DNA of 64,000 bases from a virus (lineage: Duplodnaviria > Caudoviricetes). Every line of letters starts with the position of its first letter. Position 1 is the stretch's first letter. The notes beneath the pieces are model-generated. The model saw nothing but the letters and a program-made list of their open reading frames with translations, did not search any database and had not been told where the DNA came from. The stretch is taken from the IMG/VR virus record IMGVR_UViG_3300042691_038938; one strand, given 5' to 3'. The position numbers were made by a program, and so were the translations under genes. Below, one piece after another: positions 39,036 to 46,185 of the stretch.

Positions 39036-39761
39036 ATGAAAGATAGCATTTACGAGAGCATTTACGACTTCTGCAAGGTCAGAAACCTGGGCACGGTATT
39101 TATGAATGGTGACGAGCCCACACCAAGGGTAAAGTTCATCCTTGACCTCTTGGACAAGGAGGGGATTCCTTATGAGTTAGACAAGTTTAAAGTCAATAGC
39201 GCTCAATGCTATAACATCATACTTAGGGGTTCCAGTTCAAGAATGGTGACCGCTCACCATGACATCGTGAATCCCAACATCGATAACGCCAACGACAACT
39301 CGGCCTCAGTGATCAATGCAATCGCGATAAAGAAGAAACTACCTGAGGTTCACGTAGTCCTCCTAGACGGTGAGGAGGTGGGCGGCTTGGGATCCCAACG
39401 ATGTTCTGAACAGATCAAGGCTGGCGAGTTCGGAGAGATCGAGTGGGTGCTGAACTTAGAACTTACTGGCCGAGGTGGCAAGAACTTTTTTATCGGCAAC
39501 TATCCAGGTCCGCTGAGCGATCGTATCGGTGGAATGTTTGAGTGTCAGATAGAGTCAACCCCTTTCAACGACTCGGTCATCTTTAGGAGAAACGGCATCG
39601 ACTCAGTTGTGATCAATCCCTTGCCTATAGTTGATGGAGAGCTAGACTTTAGCATGCTCTGGAACTGTCACTCAAGTCGAGACACACTAGATACGATCTG
39701 CACCAAGGACATGCAGGAATTCGTGGAAGAGGTGGTGATTCCTATACTTAGGAACGACTAG
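39036..39761 (+). CDS. M28-family metallopeptidase
   Basis: TAHHD, NDNSAS, DGEEVG, LNLE, HSSRDT. Confidence 0.85.
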   Translation: MKDSIYESIYDFCKVRNLGTVFMNGDEPTPRVKFILDLLDKEGIPYELDKFKVNSAQCYNIILRGSSSRMVTAHHDIVNPNIDNANDNSASVINAIAIKKKLPEVHVVLLDGEEVGGLGSQRCSEQIKAGEFGEIEWVLNLELTGRGGKNFFIGNYPGPLSDRIGGMFECQIESTPFNDSVIFRRNGIDSVVINPLPIVDGELDFSMLWNCHSSRDTLDTICTKDMQEFVEEVVIPILRND

Positions 39762-39764
39762 ATT

Positions 39765-41417
39765 TTAAACTGTTCCTACTTGTAAAGATCCTTGAGCTGA
39801 GCTAAATGGATCGTTTGTGCTATAAGCGAATCCCTGCGTTCCTGATGCGGAGTTACCATTTCCGCTGTTGTCATTCAATAGAGCGCTTTCTGTTGTTCCT
39901 TGAAACAATAGAAGTTTAACAGTCGGTAAAGTTGGGACGGTGAATGGTGCAGCAGGTGACGTGAATCCAGCTGTTGAATACTGCGCGGTGTCTGACCATC
40001 TAAAGTTACTTATGAATCCGTCGAGCGAAGAATTAGGCTCGTTACCGTATCCTATTGCTAAAGGCAAGCCTTGACTCGGTATTGGGTCGGGGTACGGATT
40101 TGATGCAACATTTATACCATCGATAAAGAGATCAATATTACCACTTGTTCTCATTGCGCATATATGATACCATTGTCCTAGTGTAGGTGTAAATGACCCA
40201 ACCGACCTCTGATCACCGTTTGCCCAGAAAATGATTTGATTAGTTTGAAAAGATATAGCATTGGCAGCAGTCGGAAAGGCACCAAAACTATACGGACGAG
40301 GGGAGGTGCCGAAGACGTCTAGTTGATTAAAATTAACAAACATCTCGATCGTAAAATCACCCGTGATATCGAAGTCTATGCTTGCTGGAATACTAAGGTC
40401 CGACACCAGAATATTAACGTCTACCGTCCACCCATTTCCTTCTAGAACTTCTTTGGCCGCAAGACCAATTTCACTCGGCGCAGCATTAGTAACTCCAGAT
40501 AAATCAACATATCCATTCGATACCCCGTTAGTACTTAAAGCAACTAAGATGTTATCTACAGCTTCTTCCGTTAGAGCCCCATCATCCACATCCACAGATT
40601 CACCATCACCAAGAGGCTGGGTATTTGATATAATTACATTTGTGATATCATCGTTATTACTTAGATCAAACCCTCGTAAAGAAGGCAACATTGATAAGTC
40701 AATACTAGTAATATTGCAATCATCAAAATCTATATACTGAAGGTCATTTAAACCAGTCAAATCTGGAGTTCCAGCAGAAAAATCACTGTCATCAAGATAA
40801 AGAAATTCTAATGAAGTACAACCTGAAACATTAACACTTGTTAATGATGGCGCCTCTGTATCAAGATCATCACAATCACTAATATCAATATATGTAAGAT
40901 TAGTCATTCCTGAAAAATCTACGCTTACTAATGAATTGTAGTCTGCTCTAAATTCTTGTAAATTGGCAAGGGTTTGTAAACCAGTTATTGATACTAAAGA
41001 TGAATAATTATCATCCCAACCTGGAAAATCCAACTGTAATACTTTAAGAGGATCATCAAATGTAACTTTAACTGTGTACTCTCCACCTTCATCATATGTA
41101 TGTTCTTCTGAATAGAATCCTCCAGAGCCTGAACCTTCATATGTATTACCGTCGCCCCAATCAATAGTAAATTCGATTGGTTCATTTGTAGAAGTAAATT
41201 CAATTCTAAAGTCAAGTTCTTGTGTTGTATTTACTACAAATTGTAAGCCGGTTGGCGGCACACTCCCTCCGCCGGCGGCCCCGCCAAACATGGTATTTGT
41301 TCCACGGTTTCTTGCCTGACTTAGCCTAGCTGCCTGCTCTAACAGGGCATCTTGCTCAAATTTTGCACGAAGAGCTCTCTGCTCCGGCGATTCACCTCCC
41401 CAATTGATGAATGACAT
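39765..41417 (-). CDS. MSFINWG-anchor protein with PKD-like, LRR and LamG domains
   Basis: IDWGDG (PKD); LxxLxL repeats; DFTIEMFV...WYHICAMR...LFIDG (LamG); GATAAATA at 41438-41445. Confidence 0.8.
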   Translation of the reverse strand: MSFINWGGESPEQRALRAKFEQDALLEQAARLSQARNRGTNTMFGGAAGGGSVPPTGLQFVVNTTQELDFRIEFTSTNEPIEFTIDWGDGNTYEGSGSGGFYSEEHTYDEGGEYTVKVTFDDPLKVLQLDFPGWDDNYSSLVSITGLQTLANLQEFRADYNSLVSVDFSGMTNLTYIDISDCDDLDTEAPSLTSVNVSGCTSLEFLYLDDSDFSAGTPDLTGLNDLQYIDFDDCNITSIDLSMLPSLRGFDLSNNDDITNVIISNTQPLGDGESVDVDDGALTEEAVDNILVALSTNGVSNGYVDLSGVTNAAPSEIGLAAKEVLEGNGWTVDVNILVSDLSIPASIDFDITGDFTIEMFVNFNQLDVFGTSPRPYSFGAFPTAANAISFQTNQIIFWANGDQRSVGSFTPTLGQWYHICAMRTSGNIDLFIDGINVASNPYPDPIPSQGLPLAIGYGNEPNSSLDGFISNFRWSDTAQYSTAGFTSPAAPFTVPTLPTVKLLLFQGTTESALLNDNSGNGNSASGTQGFAYSTNDPFSSAQGSLQVGTV

Positions 41418-41474
41418 GGTATCAAGTTTATTTGTTTTATTTATCTTTTCGGAGATCTTTAGTATAATAGCTAC

Positions 41475-41600
41475 ATGAAAAATCAAAATATTTACCGATT
41501 ATTGGTTCAATTTTCGCTTATTGTCGGAATAGTCCACCTTGCCTCCCAAGGAATGGAGGGTTGGGGCTGGCTTATTATTGCATTATTTTTAACCCTATAA
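41475..41600 (+). CDS. 41-aa membrane peptide (not in ORF track)
   Basis: MKNQNIYRLLVQFSLIVGIVHLASQGMEGWGWLIIALFLTL; TATAAT upstream. Confidence 0.55.
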   Translation: MKNQNIYRLLVQFSLIVGIVHLASQGMEGWGWLIIALFLTL

Positions 41601-41610
41601 ATACGAAGAG

Positions 41611-42045
41611 ATGAATAAGTTTAGAGTGGGAGACAGGCTGCGAGCCAATGAGTTCGATCGAGAGAACTACGACCTCACGTGGGTGACGATCACTGAGATA
41701 GACGAGGAGAACGAGGTCTACCACTGGCAGGCAGAGGAACCTCTCACCGGCGACGCGATCCACTCAGGTTACTTCTTTCCCGACGCTGTCGAGTACGATG
41801 AGAGGGAAGAGGCAATGATCAGGATGATGCGGGAGGACGAGGCGTCCGGAATCTATCAGGAACTCAGCCCAGTGGAGTGGTTCATTGAGGAACTCAAGAA
41901 GCTCAATGAGATACTGGATCCCCAGACCTGGCACTTCACCCGGATCGAGATCTACGAAAAGGCCAAACGGATGGAACGGGAAAGGGACGAGCTGCTCAAG
42001 GACTTCGATAACTGGAAGAAGTGGAAACACGGAGAACCTTTCTAA
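41611..42045 (+). CDS. Hypothetical protein
   Basis: 144 aa, follows the small peptide. Confidence 0.7.
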   Translation: MNKFRVGDRLRANEFDRENYDLTWVTITEIDEENEVYHWQAEEPLTGDAIHSGYFFPDAVEYDEREEAMIRMMREDEASGIYQELSPVEWFIEELKKLNEILDPQTWHFTRIEIYEKAKRMERERDELLKDFDNWKKWKHGEPF

Positions 42046-42158
42046 ATTAGAACATCACCGCCATGCAAAAGTACACAGCAGACTTTGGGCTCCAGGCAAG
42101 GACCACTCCTTGGCCGCATCGAACCCATTCAGACGTCGAGGTTGAGATCAAACTCTTA

Positions 42159-42533
42159 TTAATATCTTTCCCCTCTATATCTGCGCTCGTTCTCAGCCTG
42201 GACGTCAGCCATGCGCTTCCACATCTCCTCTGTTCTTCTTTCAGAGTCCTCTCTGAATCTACCCTTTCTCTGCCACAGGCTTTCATCATCCATAAAACTC
42301 CTCTTTAGTCTGTCCAATTCCAATAAGAGCTGGTTTGCAGGCTCAGCATAGTTCTCATTGATATATCTAGAGTCGACTCCCTCAATCCTTAGAGCTCTTA
42401 GGTGATCTACTAGAGCAGAAAGATCGTTTAGTGGTTCCTGAAAGACTTCCATTGAATGTAATAGGTCCTTATATGTCTCGTTGATTCGACTCTCGTTCAG
42501 GTGATTTTCAAATCCTTTTACGTAATTCTTCAT
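42159..42533 (-). CDS. Hypothetical protein with CTS-like N-terminus
   Basis: MKNYVKGFENHLNESRINE; GATAAATA 42553-42560. Confidence 0.75.
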   Translation of the reverse strand: MKNYVKGFENHLNESRINETYKDLLHSMEVFQEPLNDLSALVDHLRALRIEGVDSRYINENYAEPANQLLLELDRLKRSFMDDESLWQRKGRFREDSERRTEEMWKRMADVQAENERRYRGERY

Positions 42534-42644
42534 GATGGTTCTTTATTTTTTTTATTTATCTACTACGGAGTCCAGCTACTAATACTAAATAACTAGAGAT
42601 AAAGATAAAAGAAAAGATTGGTAGGCGACAGAGACCCAAACCCT

Positions 42645-43109
42645 TTAAAAAGAACCGCTAAACCTTGATATGCCGCTGCTGCTATAGCCGCCGCTAGTGT
42701 CTAGAGACTGGCTTCTTGAGCCTGAAGAGCGCATTTTTGGCATTCTCTCCCAATCCGCTTTAACCTCTCTAAAATAGTTTTCAACGAAATCATTGGCTCC
42801 TTGAACAAAACCGGTTAGATTAGAGTAGGGCTCAGTCTCCAATAGCTCAAGTAGGTTTTCCCTAGTTCCTTCTACTTTACCGGCATACCACGCATCCTTA
42901 AACGCGTCCAGGATCTCATCCTCACTGTACTGTGAAATATCGACCTTTAAAAAGTCTTCTTTAGTCGGTGAATCCAGGCGTTTGAGGTACCACAGATATG
43001 CGCTCGACGGTTTTTCCGGCTCCTGCTGTCTGCTTTTTTTCCAACCGAACCAGCTCTCGTCCAACCTAGATTGCGAAAAGGATTCAAACGTCTTGATATG
43101 CTTCTTCAT
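42645..43109 (-). CDS. Hypothetical protein with CTS-like N-terminus
   Basis: MKKHIKTFESFSQSRLDE; GATAAATA 43130-43137. Confidence 0.75.
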   Translation of the reverse strand: MKKHIKTFESFSQSRLDESWFGWKKSRQQEPEKPSSAYLWYLKRLDSPTKEDFLKVDISQYSEDEILDAFKDAWYAGKVEGTRENLLELLETEPYSNLTGFVQGANDFVENYFREVKADWERMPKMRSSGSRSQSLDTSGGYSSSGISRFSGSF

Positions 43110-43173
43110 GACTCTCTTCTATTTTTCTTTATTTATCTACTAACGCTGTTCTACTACGGAGTCCAGCACCCGA

Positions 43174-43749
43174 TCAATCGCGGTACCAATCACCTTCCTC
43201 GTCGCCCAGGGCCACCTCTGAATCAAATGACTTGAGCACCTGTACCAGGTCGTCGACAGTGAATATGTTGATCTCGCCGTTATAGATCCACGTGCCGTCA
43301 TAATCAAAGTAGCCATCGTCATCATCGTCATAAGCCGCGTCCTCATGATTCGCATATAGCGCCCTGATCTCGACCGTGCTCTCCACACCAAGTCCAATGA
43401 CTATCAGAGCAGGCTCATCATCAACGACCTGATACGACCAGTCGTTATAGTGAGTTTCAGGCAGGTCTAGAAGACCCGGCGCAACAGTCAGCTCAGCGGC
43501 CTCAAAGCTAGCATATCTCGTCTTCTTCACCCCAAGATACTTATCGGGCTCGGAATTACACAGAGCCTCAAGCTGAGAATAAAACTCGTCGGCCCAACCC
43601 TGTAGGTCAATCTCCTTGATCCCCTTTTCAAACTCTTGCTGGCTAATTAGCCCGAGCCCTAACAGTCGATTAAGGTGACGTTCGGTCTTTTCTCCGCTCT
43701 GTTGAGAGTCCTCGCTCTCCCATACTCTAGATGATTTGATATACTTCAT
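43174..43749 (-). CDS. Acidic protein with CTS-like N-terminus
   Basis: MKYIKSSRVWE; GATAAATA 43771-43778. Confidence 0.75.
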   Translation of the reverse strand: MKYIKSSRVWESEDSQQSGEKTERHLNRLLGLGLISQQEFEKGIKEIDLQGWADEFYSQLEALCNSEPDKYLGVKKTRYASFEAAELTVAPGLLDLPETHYNDWSYQVVDDEPALIVIGLGVESTVEIRALYANHEDAAYDDDDDGYFDYDGTWIYNGEINIFTVDDLVQVLKSFDSEVALGDEEGDWYRD

Positions 43750-43763
43750 GCCACGCTAGTTCT

Positions 43764-44231
43764 TTAGTTATATTTATCAGGTCTCCATACTGGCACGTTT
43801 TCAACTCCATCGGGTATCCTATAACGTTTAGAAAAATGGGGCAGCTCATGCACGATGGACCTAGCGTCAATGCTGTGACCCTTCCTGGAGAGCACGTTCT
43901 CTATGCACTGTTCCGGATCATTGCTAAACCAGATCTCTCTTAAATCGACTCCTTCCAACTCAGCTAGACCCTGCCTAAGCTTCTCCCCTAGACCGATAAG
44001 AGTATAATCCTCAAAGTAGGGAGAGGCCAAGATCACGTGCTCTCCACTCTGCAAGGCTGATACTATCTCTTCAACGCTAGCAGAATCGTCGAAGACTCTC
44101 CACTCAAGATCGCTATCACTAATGATCTCACGTATGAGATGACTCTTACCCGAACCAGGTAGACCGTGTATCCAGACCATTGAAACCTTCGATCTGTTCT
44201 CAAATAATGAATATGATACTATGTGCTTCAT
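43764..44231 (-). CDS. P-loop kinase (PNK/AAA_33-like) with CTS-like N-terminus
   Basis: WIHGLPGSGKS; MKHIVSYSLFE; TATAAATA 44254-44261. Confidence 0.7.
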   Translation of the reverse strand: MKHIVSYSLFENRSKVSMVWIHGLPGSGKSHLIREIISDSDLEWRVFDDSASVEEIVSALQSGEHVILASPYFEDYTLIGLGEKLRQGLAELEGVDLREIWFSNDPEQCIENVLSRKGHSIDARSIVHELPHFSKRYRIPDGVENVPVWRPDKYN

Positions 44232-44529
44232 GCTATAGTTAGTTCTTTAGTTATATTTATACTACGGAGTCCGGCCACCAGTGACCAAGATACCCAGAAA
44301 CCAGGACAAAGAGAAATGGGAAGAGAGTCTCTAGACAGGAGACCCAACATCATAGATAGCCCATGGCCAGGAGCGTAGATCCTAGAGACCAGACACGATA
44401 CCAACGACCTACCGCCAGACCAGCCAAAGGAGCCCAGCTACAGTCGCACCCAGGTAGCCCTTTAGTGAGACGTAATGTGGGAACCACTGCCGACTGGGTC
44501 TACGGAGTCCCATACGGGAAACTCCATGG

Positions 44530-44568
44530 GTGCCACCCTTGTTGCCACGCTTGCTACGTTTGCCATGC
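44530..44568. repeat. Degenerate 9-bp direct repeats
   Basis: GTGCCACCC, then TTGCCACGC TTGCTACGT TTGCCATGC in tandem. Confidence 0.6.
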
Positions 44569-44606
44569 TACTTTCAGTGTGAACCCCTTATGGCAAGCCC
44601 AGGTGT

Positions 44607-44614
44607 GATAAATA
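44607..44614 (+). promoter_or_regulatory. Late-type promoter box GATAAATA
   Basis: 15 nt before ATG 44630. Confidence 0.55.
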
Positions 44615-44629
44615 ATAAGAAAGGGTAAC

Positions 44630-45322
44630 ATGTACGTAAAGGAGGTAATGGCAACCTTGCAATGCAGCTATAACGCCTGCCGCAAGTGGAGGAACGAGGG
44701 TAAGCTAAGGACCACCAAGATGCCCAACGGCAAGGTGATGTACTGGGACGACGACGTCTACGCCCTACTGGGCAAGAAGATCCAGAAGGAGAACTGGTCG
44801 GTCGCCTACTGTAGGGTACCGGGGACTACGGAGTCCGACCGGAGACTCATGCTCCGCCAGCAGCAACTGATCCGGGAGTGGTGTGCCAAGCGTGGAGTGT
44901 CTCTAGAAAAGCTCTACGACGACTGGTGCCCGTCTACTGACTTCTCCATGGACGGGAGACCCGGGTTACATGAGCTCATACAGGATGTCATAAAGAAAAA
45001 GATAAGCGTGATCGTGGTGGAGACCCCGGACAGGCTGGCTCGAGTCGGTTGGGAGATCTTTCCCTCCTGGTTCAAGTATTATGGGGTGGAGGTAATAGTC
45101 ATCAACAGTGCTATAGTGGTGCCAGAGTATCAGCAGGAGCAGGAGAGGGATCTCACGAATCTCTTGTTAAAGGCGGGCGTGGACAGGCTGGATAAGCTAG
45201 GAGCTGAGAGCCTACCGGTACCCAGAAAGCGGGAGAGGCGCAAGCACCCGGGCAAGATCACCCCTGACTGGGAGGACAAGCCAGAGACCCCATCAGATCG
45301 AGACCTGTCAGACCTCATGTAG
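44630..45322 (+). CDS. IS607-type serine recombinase homolog lacking the catalytic Ser
   Basis: N-terminal MerR-like HTH; AYCRVP in place of YARVS; VVETPDRLARVG. Confidence 0.8.
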   Translation: MYVKEVMATLQCSYNACRKWRNEGKLRTTKMPNGKVMYWDDDVYALLGKKIQKENWSVAYCRVPGTTESDRRLMLRQQQLIREWCAKRGVSLEKLYDDWCPSTDFSMDGRPGLHELIQDVIKKKISVIVVETPDRLARVGWEIFPSWFKYYGVEVIVINSAIVVPEYQQEQERDLTNLLLKAGVDRLDKLGAESLPVPRKRERRKHPGKITPDWEDKPETPSDRDLSDLM

Positions 45323-45334
45323 ATAAATATTAGT

Positions 45335-45679
45335 ATGGAAGAAGAATTAAGCCTGTATGGCGCCGGCGTCGAGTGGATCGGCCAGCGTCCCATCAACACG
45401 GTCGGCAACGACTCCCCTGACTGGGAGCTCATGTATGAGCTCTGGCTTAGGGTAAAGGACGAGTCTCCCAAACCGGTCGCGATAGAGAAGACTAGCTTCA
45501 CCGTGACAGCAGTGCAGCGAGTAAGGATCCTGGAGGAACCCGTCGCGGTCGCGCTCTTCTACTCGCTGGACGAGTGGATAGGGGAGGAGGATCCCAGGAA
45601 GGACTTTACCTGGTTCATGGTGGGAGACGGTTTCCTTCGGGAATTGGAGCTCATAAAGGAGTGGGGATTCCGCCTATAA
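45335..45679 (+). CDS. Hypothetical protein
   Basis: GATAAATA 45322-45329 upstream. Confidence 0.7.
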   Translation: MEEELSLYGAGVEWIGQRPINTVGNDSPDWELMYELWLRVKDESPKPVAIEKTSFTVTAVQRVRILEEPVAVALFYSLDEWIGEEDPRKDFTWFMVGDGFLRELELIKEWGFRL

Positions 45680-45701
45680 ATAACTAAAAAATCGAGGAGG
45701 C

Positions 45702-45845
45702 ATGGCAAAGGCGAAAGGGGCTAGCGTTGCCGTGTGGAATCCAAGAGCCAAGACCAAGCGGCCTGGAGTACACGCGAAGTGCAAACGTAGCGCCTCTAAG
45801 AAGAGCAAGAACTGGAAGAAGCCCTATCGCGGACAGGGTCGGTAA
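45702..45845 (+). CDS. 47-aa highly basic peptide (not in ORF track)
   Basis: MAKAKGASVAVWNPRAKTKRPGVHAKCKRSASKKSKNWKKPYRGQGR; TATAAATA 45675-45682 and GAGGAGG upstream. Confidence 0.75.
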   Translation: MAKAKGASVAVWNPRAKTKRPGVHAKCKRSASKKSKNWKKPYRGQGR

Positions 45846-45868
45846 CAGACAACAGTTCTACAGTCTAG

Positions 45869-45895
45869 AAGGGTCTCTTAGGGAGGCCCTTTCTT
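45869..45895 (+). terminator. Probable terminator of the + strand operon
   Basis: AAGGGTCTC-loop-GAGGCCCTT then TCTT. Confidence 0.5.
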
Positions 45896-46044
45896 GCATC
45901 TCATTAGTATCTACCGGTCAGATTAACGAGCCTCGTCCAGGGAAACGGTGTCCCTCTTGGTTGAGCTCCGCGCGCCATGGTAGCCAGGGCTCCCAGAAGT
46001 CTCGGCGGGCAGGGGAACCGGGAGACCCGGCTAGCGGTAGAAAT

Positions 46045-46067
46045 CGGGAGACTCCTCGGGTCTCCCG
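46045..46067. repeat. Perfect inverted pair of the promoter-upstream box
   Basis: CGGGAGAC-N7-GTCTCCCG. Confidence 0.85.
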
Positions 46068-46140
46068 TGTACGGGCACCCGCAGGCGGGTTACGACGCGC
46101 GATACCAGAGACTCCCTACTACGGAGTAAAAGTATGAGCC

Positions 46141-46166
46141 AAAAAAGGGAGCCGTTAAGCTCCCTC
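46141..46166 (-). terminator. Terminator ending the minus-strand array
   Basis: GGGAGC-N6-GCTCCC followed by T6 on -. Confidence 0.75.
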
Positions 46167-46185
46167 TTCTCAAGTCAAACCAACC

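Noticed and set aside
44409-44513. 34-aa hydrophobic ORF on - (MGLRRPSRQ...LLWLVWR)
   Set aside because: No leader or promoter of either class; explained by the local T/G strand bias
44530-45700. Active IS607 element
   Set aside because: Catalytic Ser missing, no tnpB, no recognisable second end
45727-46137. 136-aa ORF on +
   Set aside because: Overlaps a better-supported 47-aa gene, crosses a terminator and palindromic non-coding DNA, TTG start
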